A stretch of DNA of 64,000 bases, taken from a virus. Taxonomy: Duplodnaviria > Heunggongvirae > Uroviricota > Caudoviricetes. The translations under genes were made by a program, and so were the position numbers. Of this stretch, positions 10,880-19,939 are shown piece after piece (the first letter of the stretch is position 1; the number at the start of each line of letters is the position of its first letter). Below the pieces are notes generated by a model that searched no databases, had not been told where the DNA came from, and was given only the letters and a program-made list of their open reading frames with translations. The DNA lies in the IMG/VR virus record IMGVR_UViG_3300029711_000004. The stretch is one strand, 5' to 3'.

Positions 10880-11002
10880 TCACTTAATAAAACAACTCCA
10901 TGCGTAGTTGATGATTTTTTCCCACGTAATATAAATCTGCACTCCGGCAGTAAAACCAAAGCCAACAATTGCTGAAAAAATCAAAACATTTACTTTTGAC
11001 AT
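10880..11002 (-). CDS. 40-aa hydrophobic peptide MSKVNVLIFSAIVGFGFTAGVQIYITWEKIINYAWSCFIK
   Basis: Hand translation; GAGAGA RBS-like upstream; stop coupled to next gene's RBS; absent from ORF track. Confidence 0.5.
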   Translation of the reverse strand: MSKVNVLIFSAIVGFGFTAGVQIYITWEKIINYAWSCFIK

Positions 11003-11050
11003 TATAAATTTTCTCTCGGTGTCGTAGGTGATAGCACCATAATTGATAAT

Positions 11051-11284
11051 TTAGTGAGTTAGCAGTTCCATTTTTTGGATGATTTCCGCATGAGCATCAT
11101 CGTTATCAACACTTAACTCGTTTAATGCCTCTCGCACTACATCAACTTCTTCTGGTTGGAAGAAGTCATCTCGGTAGTCACCAAATAGAACCGAAACAAG
11201 CCTGCCACCAGCAACATCAAGATTGGCGCTAACAGGTGGCTCTTTGCCATCCTCAAATTCGACTACAAAAGTTATTTTTCCCAT
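11051..11284 (-). CDS. Small strongly acidic protein (about 77 aa)
   Basis: ORF track; start moved to MGKITF ATG; D/E-rich. Confidence 0.5.
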   Translation of the reverse strand: MGKITFVVEFEDGKEPPVSANLDVAGGRLVSVLFGDYRDDFFQPEEVDVVREALNELSVDNDDAHAEIIQKMELLTH

Positions 11285-11366
11285 CGTTACCACCAGCGAC
11301 AAATTGAATACAAACCCAGTGCTGCCGCCATCACAATTCCTACCGTTGCGAATGCTTCAGGCCAGC

Positions 11367-12644
11367 TCATTGACCTGCCTCCTGGGGAGGTTCTGGTAGC
11401 AGCATCCAGAACAAGGCGTTCCCTAACCACGATAAAGTGCCGTCGCTCAACTCTACGTATTCCCCTTGCACCTGTCCTGCCATATACTCACCGTGCTTTG
11501 AATAAATTAAAATCCAATCATCTTGAGCGGGCATTCGCTCACTACAGCTTATCCAACCATCCGGAGTTACCGGAGAGTTGCCATTCACAAGGTCAGCTCG
11601 AACATATAGCGTGTCATCATGGTGCTGATTGTGGCTGCACCACGTTAATTCGCTTAACTCGCCATCTTCTGGCCATACTCCAGCCGTTTGCAGCCAGATA
11701 TGGGCTGGCGCATCTTGGCAAGGTGTATTAACTGGCAACTTGTAAGTTTGGCTTACAGGTTGGCTACCCTGAAGCATGGCAGCGTGGCAGGCATCCTCTA
11801 CGCCTTTAACTGCATCTGCGCAGTAGTTATAGCGATTGCATTCCACTAACTTCTGCTTGAGATTTTCAATTGCTTGCGCGACATCATCCTGTATTTCCGG
11901 AACTGGCGGAACGGCTGTCTGCTGCTCTCGAACGTTATTAGTCGCTATCGGTTCTGCTGCCAACTGACTGGCATATTTGTTAATGGTAACGATAAGCTCT
12001 TGCTCAGCCTCATCCAGACAATCACCGACACCTCGCCTGTCACCGTCAAAATCATCGAAATCGGCACGAACCCTGGCAACCTTCATAATTGCTGACAGCA
12101 CCTCACCTGGAATTACCGGAGAGTTGCCAGCCAGTCTACGCAAAACAGCCTTAACAGCCTCAATACGGTCATCATCAACTTTTTCTACAATATTGGAATT
12201 TAAATACTTCGAAGCCTTGCTATGCCAATCGCTGGTTTTAGGGTCTTGTCCATCCATCAAACGCCAAGCTTCAGCGATTAACTCATAGCCAGTAACAGTG
12301 GCTTCCTGCGCATCACCAATCAGTTGTGTGATCTCTCTTTCAAGCATGCTTAGAGCGTTAGGCATTGGTTTTTCTTCCGGTACTACTGGAACGGGTGGAG
12401 CGGCGTAGACCTCAATAATTCCATTATCAATAGGCCATTCTCCATCCTTGAGGTAGTCACTTGTGCCGTCAACTTGCTGTTCTGCAATGTGGAATGCACC
12501 TATTGGTTTTGCTTCCAGCGATGCCAGAGCAATCCGTGCCAGTTCTTCCGCTTCTTCTGCTGGCAGTACAACGTTGCTACCCGGTCCGTATGTTTCGCGC
12601 CACTGCTTGATTGTCAGCAGTCGCTCTTTGGTTATAGTAGTCAT
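11367..12644 (-). CDS. Hypothetical protein (425 aa) with C-terminal DUF551-like W/P-rich module
   Basis: ORF track; C-terminus ...WILIYSKHGEYMAGQ...WLGNALFWMLLPEPP. Confidence 0.6.
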   Translation of the reverse strand: MTTITKERLLTIKQWRETYGPGSNVVLPAEEAEELARIALASLEAKPIGAFHIAEQQVDGTSDYLKDGEWPIDNGIIEVYAAPPVPVVPEEKPMPNALSMLEREITQLIGDAQEATVTGYELIAEAWRLMDGQDPKTSDWHSKASKYLNSNIVEKVDDDRIEAVKAVLRRLAGNSPVIPGEVLSAIMKVARVRADFDDFDGDRRGVGDCLDEAEQELIVTINKYASQLAAEPIATNNVREQQTAVPPVPEIQDDVAQAIENLKQKLVECNRYNYCADAVKGVEDACHAAMLQGSQPVSQTYKLPVNTPCQDAPAHIWLQTAGVWPEDGELSELTWCSHNQHHDDTLYVRADLVNGNSPVTPDGWISCSERMPAQDDWILIYSKHGEYMAGQVQGEYVELSDGTLSWLGNALFWMLLPEPPQEAGQ

Positions 12645-12850
12645 TTGTTAATCCTCAAAACTTTATGCCCGGGCGCAAAAGCACGCGTTTTGTCTTTGCT
12701 TATTCGCCAGCCATCCTTGCGCGCCTCTTTTGCACAGCCAGCCCATGACGTACCTATATACTCACCGAAGTCTGGCGACTTATATTTGCCATCTGTACAT
12801 TGGAGGCAATCACAATAGAGATGCATGGTGTAACTTGCAGCGATAGCCAT
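12641..12850 (-). CDS. Small Cys-rich protein (about 69 aa)
   Basis: ORF track trimmed to MAIAASYT start, 1 nt after upstream stop; CDC..C motif. Confidence 0.5.
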   Translation of the reverse strand: MAIAASYTMHLYCDCLQCTDGKYKSPDFGEYIGTSWAGCAKEARKDGWRISKDKTRAFAPGHKVLRINK

Positions 12851-12851
12851 A

Positions 12852-13040
12852 TCACTCTCCTTTAGTGCGCAAGTGGTTTTTCCAGCGGTTTTGCGCCGCG
12901 CTGGGCTTTTTGCAAAAACCACAATCCATCATCCCGTAATATTTCATCAACCCCATCCGTCGGTTGCTGAGTCTCACCCACTGCCAGACGCCAGGAGCGT
13001 TTCTACGAACTAACAGAATCTTTGCTTTACGGTTTTTCAT
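12852..13040 (-). CDS. Small basic protein MKNRKAK... (62 aa), paralog of the upstream gene
   Basis: ORF track; ATGA overlap with upstream stop; shared N-terminus MKNRKAK. Confidence 0.5.
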   Translation of the reverse strand: MKNRKAKILLVRRNAPGVWQWVRLSNRRMGLMKYYGMMDCGFCKKPSAAQNRWKNHLRTKGE

Positions 13041-13213
13041 CTTACAGCGTACCCTTTCTTCCGCCTGTTCTGTGACGCAGTAGGCTTACGCTTTGCGGCA
13101 AAAGCCACCTGACCAAATGGATGGAGTACCGCTATCTTATGGTTGCTAATAACCAGCTCCACCACACGCACAGGTCGCTGTAAAAAAAGTCGTTTTGCCT
13201 TACGGTTTTTCAT
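13037..13213 (-). CDS. Small basic protein MKNRKAKRLFLQRPVRVVEL... (58 aa)
   Basis: Hand translation; start overlaps upstream stop (ATGA); absent from ORF track. Confidence 0.45.
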   Translation of the reverse strand: MKNRKAKRLFLQRPVRVVELVISNHKIAVLHPFGQVAFAAKRKPTASQNRRKKGYAVR

Positions 13214-13386
13214 CGCTTTGCTCTCCTGCGTCTCTTTGCTGCTCGTCGTGCCGCTGCAATACCGGTATGGCGGCGCTTTGGTGCCGGGATGATGTTGTCA
13301 GCCATCAGGACATACGGCTTTGCAATTAGCGCAGAAGCCCAAAAACGAGTCGGGTACGGTAACAAGCCGATACATGCCACACGCAT
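13210..13386 (-). CDS. Small protein with Arg/Lys-rich tail (58 aa)
   Basis: Hand translation MRVACIGLLPYPTRF...AKRRRRAKR; TAATG coupling to upstream 252-aa gene. Confidence 0.45.
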   Translation of the reverse strand: MRVACIGLLPYPTRFWASALIAKPYVLMADNIIPAPKRRHTGIAAARRAAKRRRRAKR

Positions 13387-14144
13387 TACTCACCTCCTTT
13401 GATGCGAATGCCTGCGGCGCGGATTGCATCGATGACTTCAGAAACTTTGTATGCCATTACCGTTTGGTAATCATCGTGAAAATCTGTTCGATGAAGCATG
13501 CTGCTACGTTCCGGGAGCGATATTTCCCGAGCATCCAGTTCCTTAACGCGTTCCTCCAGTTCGTAGACCCTGCATTGTTCTCTATCATCAATCAGATATA
13601 ACCCAAGACATTCGCTTTCTACCCAACCGCCAAAATCATGATCGTAACGCTCACATGAAAACTCACCGTCACCGTCCTTTGTTGGAATGGTGTAACTATC
13701 TAATGGGCCACCATATGTCGGCACATTTCCCAATGTTGGATGCTCAATCCACATGAAAAATGCACGTCCGGTTATTGGGCAAAGATCTGGCCGCCATTGG
13801 TTACGAACAGCCTTGGTTTCGGATAATTCTTCAGCGTGTTGTTTTACTTCCTCAAGCTCAACTCTCAGCTTCCCTACCGTTAGCGCAATATCCTCGTTCT
13901 CCTGGTCGCGGCGTTTTATGTATTGCTGGTTTCTTTCCCGTTCATCCAGTAGTGCCAGCACGGTTTCTGGTCCGGTCAGAAATTTGAAGGCGTTGAGCGC
14001 ATCAATATCCACACCGTAATCCTTAAGTTCCTGTTCAGTTAACAAATCATCATCAACTGGCAACATTAACAGGCGTTCCATTGCCGGAATTGCACGCTCT
14101 GCCGCCTCACGCAGTGCCTGATAGTCAATTGTCATTCTCGCCAT
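13386..14144 (-). CDS. Hypothetical phage protein (252 aa)
   Basis: ORF track; operon context. Confidence 0.6.
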   Translation of the reverse strand: MARMTIDYQALREAAERAIPAMERLLMLPVDDDLLTEQELKDYGVDIDALNAFKFLTGPETVLALLDERERNQQYIKRRDQENEDIALTVGKLRVELEEVKQHAEELSETKAVRNQWRPDLCPITGRAFFMWIEHPTLGNVPTYGGPLDSYTIPTKDGDGEFSCERYDHDFGGWVESECLGLYLIDDREQCRVYELEERVKELDAREISLPERSSMLHRTDFHDDYQTVMAYKVSEVIDAIRAAGIRIKGGE

Positions 14145-14776
14145 CCTTCACAGTTGTAATCACTACAGCCTTCAAAATCATATGGGCTGTACTGCCATGT
14201 TATTTTTCCGCAATGCGGACAATTCCAACGCACCTTCCCGCTTCGCGACTTCTTTCTTCTGTTCTGCTCTTTCAACCAGTCAGGCATGACCAAACCTGCG
14301 CCCTGAACCATTGTTCTGCGGTTAAAGTTATTGATATTGAACGTCCGACGCTTTGCTGCATCAGCAATGGAAAATGGCAACCAAACTATTCCTGGTTCGT
14401 TTTTGTTGGCGACGCTAAAGATGGTCGCTTTACTGAAGTCATCTGTTGGCAATCCACCGTGTTGAAGCCAGTAAACATCGTTGCCGTTCCAGCTACCTTT
14501 TTTGTAGGCCACATACGCAGTGCAATCTGACTCAATCAGGCTTTCTGTGGGGATGTACTGGCAATCAACGTGCCACACAGCCATTGCATCCACGCTATCA
14601 GCGCAAACAGGCTGATCGATATCTCGTCCACAATTCCAGGCTTTTTGGGCTTCTTCCAGCGTGTAAACATGAGCGCGATCGATATCAGAACTGTAACCAT
14701 TGCCGTTATGGCAATGGAATGAGGCGTTATTACCCACAGTTTCACGCAAGCACATCATGTAAAAGCGGTTATTCAC
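14132..14776 (-). CDS. Hypothetical Cys-rich protein (214 aa)
   Basis: ORF track; CPHCGK zinc-ribbon-like motif. Confidence 0.55.
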   Translation of the reverse strand: MNNRFYMMCLRETVGNNASFHCHNGNGYSSDIDRAHVYTLEEAQKAWNCGRDIDQPVCADSVDAMAVWHVDCQYIPTESLIESDCTAYVAYKKGSWNGNDVYWLQHGGLPTDDFSKATIFSVANKNEPGIVWLPFSIADAAKRRTFNINNFNRRTMVQGAGLVMPDWLKEQNRRKKSRSGKVRWNCPHCGKITWQYSPYDFEGCSDYNCEGWRE

Positions 14777-15053
14777 TGGTTGCCTCCGCTTCCCACGTTT
14801 TCAGACTTTCACCACAGAACGGGCAAAATGAAACTCGAATAGGCGATTTAGAAAATTCACCAGACCGCAGCATGATCAGGTCTTGTGAATGAATTAATTC
14901 ATGGTTATAGATTTTGTATTTCAGCAGACCTTTTCGCGTCGTGTATTCAGCGTCATGCTCCAGGGATTGTGCCAACGCCGCGCACGGTTCTATCTTGTTG
15001 CCATTAATTTGGCATTTTGACTCACTCACTGGTTGCCCCCTGAATACGCTCAA
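14769..15053 (-). CDS. Hypothetical protein (94 aa) with C-terminal CPFCG zinc-ribbon-like motif
   Basis: ORF track. Confidence 0.5.
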   Translation of the reverse strand: MSVFRGQPVSESKCQINGNKIEPCAALAQSLEHDAEYTTRKGLLKYKIYNHELIHSQDLIMLRSGEFSKSPIRVSFCPFCGESLKTWEAEATSE

Positions 15054-15603
15054 ACTCTATTACCCACACCCAAGGATTAGCGTTCCAACTATCTTCGCCA
15101 TAAATTGATTTCCATAGGCTACGGAAACCTGGGTAATGCTTATCGCCAATGAGGGTCGATTCTGTTGGTGCGCCCTCAGCCCTTGCATCGCATTCGCTGA
15201 TATCGTTCAACCGCTCAACGCGCACGTTGGTAATTTCCAGAAGAATGCGCGATGCCCAGCGCGGCATGTGAATTGATGGCGTCCACTTTTCTGATACTGG
15301 TTTATTACAAACCTCGACCGGAACCCGGTGCGTTTGTTCTGTCCAGGAGTTACGCACGCTTGCGCGATAAACCAGCGTTGCGACGTCCGTCGCTTTGCCA
15401 TGTACCCGGTAGGTTTCGCGAACCCAAATACGATCGCCCGGTTGACCATATGGACAATGCTTGGCAAGCAACTCTGCGGCCACTGCCCGTCCATAGAATT
15501 TTTCTTCAACAATCCTGCGAGTCTGTGTTTTATTCCCGCCAAGAATTGCCCGGACCATCTCATCGTTAAAAATCATGCCGCGCTCTTTCACTTCGCCTTT
15601 CAT
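15022..15603 (-). CDS. Hypothetical protein (193 aa), possible ASCH/PUA-like fold
   Basis: MIFNDEMVRAILGGNKTQTRR N-terminus; coupled to upstream leader peptide. Confidence 0.6.
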   Translation of the reverse strand: MKGEVKERGMIFNDEMVRAILGGNKTQTRRIVEEKFYGRAVAAELLAKHCPYGQPGDRIWVRETYRVHGKATDVATLVYRASVRNSWTEQTHRVPVEVCNKPVSEKWTPSIHMPRWASRILLEITNVRVERLNDISECDARAEGAPTESTLIGDKHYPGFRSLWKSIYGEDSWNANPWVWVIEFERIQGATSE

Positions 15604-15612
15604 GCATCCCCC

Positions 15613-15699
15613 TTACCCATGTGCGACGATGCCGCCAAAAGTGATAGAGAACAGCCAGAAATAGATCGCGGCCATAATGATTTTGAATGCCGTGTTCAT
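15613..15699 (-). CDS. 28-aa hydrophobic leader peptide MNTAFKIIMAAIYFWLFSITFGGIVAHG
   Basis: AGGAG 8 nt upstream of ATG; stop 9 nt from next start; absent from ORF track. Confidence 0.45.
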   Translation of the reverse strand: MNTAFKIIMAAIYFWLFSITFGGIVAHG

Positions 15700-15781
15700 A
15701 TTTTCAGCTCCTGTGATTGATTGGATACATGCCGCGCCTTGCGGCATGTTTTTATTTTCACTTCCTCTGTTTTAAAAATCA

Positions 15782-15798
15782 ATATTTATTAGAGCAAT
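15782..15798 (-). promoter_or_regulatory. C1 operator heading the leftward accessory operon
   Basis: AtATTTATTAGAGCAAT, 15/17. Confidence 0.65.
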
Positions 15799-16304
15799 TA
15801 TTGTTGATGGAGAAGCGCGTTTTCATACTCCCTGACCATTAACGTAAGCACGCCGTGCCTCCTGAAAACACGCGCCACTTCAATCTTATCTTCCAGCGCG
15901 AACGCGATTTTACTTAGACCAATTTTCTTAAGGAGATCAATCTTTGCTGGGCCGTCATTTCTGTCATCGGTGGCAGGACGCATAGATAGCAAAGGCTCAG
16001 CCCCGTTTGTTACGTACTTCCGCAGCCAGGCTCGTGTTTTATCCCTTGCGATCTCACAGCGCCCGGTTACAAACCAGACCGTGTAAACGTTAAATAACTG
16101 GCGCACAATATCAATAACTGGAGTTATGGGAGTATCAGTGTCACAGGCGAGATTAAACTCGTTCCAGTCCTTTGTTAATGCACCTTTACCTGGTGGCGGA
16201 AGCAAATGCAGTCTGTCTTCAGTTGCCTCTGATATTGTTCCATCAATATCAACTATGACGATATACGGACGTTCCTGGTGTGCGTGTTTATTGAAAATAC
16301 TCAA
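15798..16304 (-). CDS. HAD-superfamily phosphatase-like protein (168 aa)
   Basis: N-terminal IVIVDIDGT motif typical of HAD hydrolases. Confidence 0.65.
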   Translation of the reverse strand: MSIFNKHAHQERPYIVIVDIDGTISEATEDRLHLLPPPGKGALTKDWNEFNLACDTDTPITPVIDIVRQLFNVYTVWFVTGRCEIARDKTRAWLRKYVTNGAEPLLSMRPATDDRNDGPAKIDLLKKIGLSKIAFALEDKIEVARVFRRHGVLTLMVREYENALLHQQ

Positions 16305-16323
16305 ATTCCCTCCTCATTGGACG

Positions 16324-16357
16324 AAAAAAATGCTGGTGGGCGCACTCCACCAGCATT
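16324..16357 (-). terminator. Rho-independent terminator after the 420-aa gene
   Basis: gctggtgg-gcgcact-ccaccagc hairpin followed by T7 on the minus strand. Confidence 0.75.
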
Positions 16358-16376
16358 AAAAGTGACACTGTAACTG

Positions 16377-17639
16377 TCAGCGAACGTAAATAGTGCCGCC
16401 GTTCTCTTTTTCCCATGCATCGCTACGTGCATAGCAAACATCGAGAAGTCTTCTTGCCGCTGTTTCCTCTAAACCCAATTCGACAACCAACTGCTCATGA
16501 CGGCGGGTAACCACATCAAACAGGGTATGCAGCCCTTTAGCTGCCAGATCATCAATAAATTCCGGTTCGAACGGCAGCTCTGCCTCTGCCAACATAACCT
16601 CTTGCGCCCACTCAACTCGACGGACCAGTTCCGGGCGGCGGCTTTCCATCTCTTTACAGATCAATTCATGGAAGAACTCTACCCAACCTTCCGGCTGGAA
16701 CTCGCGGAAAATGGCCAACGGCTGGAAGTTTGGCATCAACCATTCGTTGATCCGGATATCAATGGCATAGCCCATGTCGCAGCAGAACTGATAAGCAAAG
16801 TCCAGCTTAGAAACGATATAAGGACGCTCGTTATTGAACTCTTTAGGCGATGAGATCCCATAAGCCAGGAGGCGCGGGAAGAAGGAGATTTGCCCTAACG
16901 TCGGATGAAGTTTGCTTGCAGGGAAACGGCGCTCGGTAATGCCATACATTTCCTTCTTGAGCGTCGCAAATTTGGCATTCTCATTAACCAGCGCGGTAAC
17001 CTCTGCTTTTTTATTAGCAAATGCCACGCGCGCCTCGCTTGCATCTTTAATAGTTTTTTTGAGCTGTTGGTTAAGGTCGGCGACCTGCTTACGCAGTTCC
17101 TGTCGCTCGCTTTTAGCTTTGTTATAGCGTTTCTCAAGGTTAAAAGGATCAAGTTTCATGATCTCTTTATATTGAGATTTTAGCGTTGAAATCTGTGAGT
17201 TCCGCAGTTCAACCATCGCGGTCATTTCATTGAGTTTTGTTTCCAGCTCAATGCTTATACGTTCGGCATTATCAGCACGCTGGTTGGCGTCATGCGTCGC
17301 ATCGTCGATCGCGTCCTGTTGCTGGCGTTTCAAATGTTCAATTTCCAGCTGAAGCTCTTCAATTTCTTTACCCTTCAGACCGAGATCCAACTGCATATTT
17401 TCAGCTGCATCTACCAGGGAGTTATGGCTATCAGCTTCTGCGTTATAAACATCAATAAGCTGTGCGTGAAGCATCTCCGCTGACTGAACCGCATTATCAA
17501 AAAAACGCGCTGTGAGGTCATCACAACTAACGCGGCGTTGCGCGGCCCGGATGTTCTGGATAATGGCCGGGATACCGGCATTCAGGACGTCAGGGATAGA
17601 TACATTTTCGATTGATTGGTTTTGTGCTGAAGTGATCAT
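16377..17639 (-). CDS. Hypothetical protein (420 aa): long coiled-coil region plus C-terminal globular domain
   Basis: ORF track; heptad-rich stretch with charged E/K/Q residues. Confidence 0.65.
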   Translation of the reverse strand: MITSAQNQSIENVSIPDVLNAGIPAIIQNIRAAQRRVSCDDLTARFFDNAVQSAEMLHAQLIDVYNAEADSHNSLVDAAENMQLDLGLKGKEIEELQLEIEHLKRQQQDAIDDATHDANQRADNAERISIELETKLNEMTAMVELRNSQISTLKSQYKEIMKLDPFNLEKRYNKAKSERQELRKQVADLNQQLKKTIKDASEARVAFANKKAEVTALVNENAKFATLKKEMYGITERRFPASKLHPTLGQISFFPRLLAYGISSPKEFNNERPYIVSKLDFAYQFCCDMGYAIDIRINEWLMPNFQPLAIFREFQPEGWVEFFHELICKEMESRRPELVRRVEWAQEVMLAEAELPFEPEFIDDLAAKGLHTLFDVVTRRHEQLVVELGLEETAARRLLDVCYARSDAWEKENGGTIYVR

Positions 17640-17640
17640 T

Positions 17641-17859
17641 TCAAAGTTCCGTATTAGCTTGTGCTTCGGTCATTTTTCCTAAGTATGAAGGAGGAAGGAC
17701 TACGCAATTTGTATCCAGTCCCTCACCTATGGCAGCCTGTAAAATTCTGGCTAAGGTGAGTCTCTTGTTGCGATACCTGGTGATGACATGCCTGATACCG
17801 CCGGTCGGCGTAACAAAGGCGATCAGCCAGTAGTGATATTTCCGTCGGAATGGCCACAT
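17641..17859 (-). CDS. Small basic protein (72 aa), first gene of a C1-controlled two-gene operon
   Basis: ORF track; operators just upstream; 1 nt before next gene. Confidence 0.55.
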   Translation of the reverse strand: MWPFRRKYHYWLIAFVTPTGGIRHVITRYRNKRLTLARILQAAIGEGLDTNCVVLPPSYLGKMTEAQANTEL

Positions 17860-17873
17860 AGTGCACCTTGTAA

Positions 17874-17890
17874 ATTGCTCTAATAAAAAA
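17874..17890 (+). promoter_or_regulatory. C1 operator-like site
   Basis: ATTGCTCTAATAAaaaa, 14/17. Confidence 0.5.
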
Positions 17891-17912
17891 CGTGATGAGT
17901 GTACATCACGTT
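17891..17912. terminator. Hairpin between operators, probable bidirectional terminator
   Basis: cgtgatg-agtgtac-atcacg flanked by A/T runs. Confidence 0.5.
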
Positions 17913-17922
17913 TTAAAAATAT

Positions 17923-17939
17923 GGAATTATTAGAGCAAT
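17923..17939 (-). promoter_or_regulatory. C1 operator-like site
   Basis: ggAaTTATTAGAGCAAT, 14/17. Confidence 0.5.
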
Positions 17940-17940
17940 A

Positions 17941-18642
17941 TTATTCTGATGTTTGCTCAGAAAACGAGCTGGTAAGGGGAAGCCAATCCTCTGACACTTC
18001 GCGAGGTCGCGGTTTGCCGTGGAAAAAGATTATTCGGCAGTCTTTTGGTAATGCCCCATTCCCCCTGGAGTAACGCGCGCTCGCATATTTCGAACCCGGT
18101 TCCACAACATCAGCCTTGTAACTTACAAACCATCCCGGATACAGATCCTGAAATGCTGGTGTATCATCACCCATAACCTTCCGCAAAAACCCCTGATCAC
18201 CCCAGCATTCAGTAGTAACACAACGAGCAATCCAACCTTCCGGATCTTGCCAGAATGCACTCCAGATATGCGCTTTTACACTATTTGGTATCCACAGGGC
18301 ACCGCTGCCACGATATTGTGGATGGTAAAAATCCCTAAGCATGGTGAAGCTGGTTGGTGGATTCTCTAGGATTGGGCGTATATCACCGGCAATAACCGTG
18401 TCCAAATCCAGATAGAACAGATCATCGGTTATATCCGGTCGGAACAACTCGATTTTCGCCCACCAGCCACGGCACTTTTGCCACTGGTTGATCAATGGGA
18501 TAACTTTGACGCCAGGTACATGTAAACACTTCAGGTCTGTCAGGCAAATAATTTCATAGTCTTTTGGCAGTTGATTAACCAGCCACTGCACATCGGAAGC
18601 GTTATAGTCACCACCAGAGCGAAGAACTAAAGCAATCTTCAT
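17941..18642 (-). CDS. Hypothetical protein (233 aa), possible nucleotide-sugar transferase
   Basis: ORF track; YLDLD DxD-like motif; ATGA overlap with ppp. Confidence 0.55.
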   Translation of the reverse strand: MKIALVLRSGGDYNASDVQWLVNQLPKDYEIICLTDLKCLHVPGVKVIPLINQWQKCRGWWAKIELFRPDITDDLFYLDLDTVIAGDIRPILENPPTSFTMLRDFYHPQYRGSGALWIPNSVKAHIWSAFWQDPEGWIARCVTTECWGDQGFLRKVMGDDTPAFQDLYPGWFVSYKADVVEPGSKYASARYSRGNGALPKDCRIIFFHGKPRPREVSEDWLPLTSSFSEQTSE

Positions 18643-19331
18643 GCTGCACCATCACCTTTCACTTTCATCAATGTCAGGTTTCCGCAAAATACGGCACCTG
18701 TGTCGATATAATGCTGATTCCAGAATGTCTTCGGGCTTTTCACCGGAGTGTGACCAAAGATAAAACGATCTGCGCCCAAAATTTCGCCACCAATATCATC
18801 CATCGAATCACTGATACGCTCGCGCGCCCAGACAACGTTGAAAAGCGGCACCTCCTTACCGAATTGATATTCATTATCCGGATAGTCGGCATGGGCTATA
18901 ACGATAGTTTCTTGCCCGGTGTTCAACTCAATGATATAGGGCAGACGCTTTACCAGCTCCACCAGCGCCCTGGCTAATATTTCCTGATCAGTGTCCAGCA
19001 TGAAGAACCATTGTCCGCCATTCATTAGCCAGTTATTCACGTTGCCATCAGGACTTAACGCATTGAGCATCAACCGCTCATGGTTCCCCATCACTGCCCT
19101 GAACCAGGGCATCTGCAATAGTTCCAGACATTCGACATTTTCAGTACCGCGATCGATAAGGTCGCCGACCGATATCAGTAAATCCTGCGCCGGGTCAAAA
19201 TCCACACGATGGAGTTCGGACATCAGTCTGGTGTAGCAACCATGCAGATCACCAACAACCCAGACATTCCTGTATTTGGTACCGTCGATACGGTGATAAA
19301 TTGTGGGTGCCATCATGTATTCTTCAGCCAT
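18639..19331 (-). CDS. ppp: Ser/Thr protein phosphatase, PPP family (lambda PPase-like), 230 aa
   Basis: GDLHG, GDLIDRG, GNHE metallophosphatase motifs. Confidence 0.85.
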   Translation of the reverse strand: MAEEYMMAPTIYHRIDGTKYRNVWVVGDLHGCYTRLMSELHRVDFDPAQDLLISVGDLIDRGTENVECLELLQMPWFRAVMGNHERLMLNALSPDGNVNNWLMNGGQWFFMLDTDQEILARALVELVKRLPYIIELNTGQETIVIAHADYPDNEYQFGKEVPLFNVVWARERISDSMDDIGGEILGADRFIFGHTPVKSPKTFWNQHYIDTGAVFCGNLTLMKVKGDGAA

Positions 19332-19939
19332 TCTTTAAGAGTCATCTGCGGAATACCTCCCATTTTCCCGCATGAAACAACGTCAATCTGTTCACGCGCA
19401 GACTGGAATAACAAAGGCAGGTGACTTAGATTTTTTGGCGTGCCGCCGGAGTGAACGCGTAGTTCTTGCGTAGCGTCAACGCCCACCAGAGCTACATGTT
19501 TGAATCCGATATGGAAAGCCAGGTTCAGAGCACCATATGCACTATTGCCGCTGGCAATTTCATTCTCATCTTCGCAAAGGCCGAAATGTGCGGACCAGCG
19601 CCACGCCCACCACTCGGGAGAATTCGTATTTTTTGGCTCTGTGCCGCGTTCAGCCACACGACGGAAGCACAGAATGCCGTCTCTGACTTCACGTTCTTTA
19701 ACATCGGGTAGTGCCATGCAATAACAAACACCACGGCGACGGCGGCCACGACCAACGCGCCGCATATTGTCTGGCGATGGATCAAGTGTGAAAAAATAAG
19801 AAGCGCGGTTAAGCCAGTCGATAGCCCCATTGACCGCTATAATCGGCACTCCGCGCGGCGCAACAAAGTTTGCGGCGCTTGGGCCACTGCCGACGATAAT
19901 AACGCGATCACTGCCTCTAAATTTATTCTTGGGAAACAT
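19313..19939 (-). CDS. Rossmann-like protein with GSGPS motif (208 aa), paralog of next gene
   Basis: [10 protein letters not shown]...IIAVNGA; similar layout to 19837..20499. Confidence 0.6.
   Translation of the reverse strand: MFPKNKFRGSDRVIIVGSGPSAANFVAPRGVPIIAVNGAIDWLNRASYFFTLDPSPDNMRRVGRGRRRRGVCYCMALPDVKEREVRDGILCFRRVAERGTEPKNTNSPEWWAWRWSAHFGLCEDENEIASGNSAYGALNLAFHIGFKHVALVGVDATQELRVHSGGTPKNLSHLPLLFQSAREQIDVVSCGKMGGIPQMTLKEWLKNT

Noticed and set aside
10873-10968. N-terminal extension of the 129-aa ORF-track frame
   Set aside because: A strong RBS and ATG at 10872 give a 97-aa protein, and the upstream part is occupied in another frame by the coupled 40-aa peptide.
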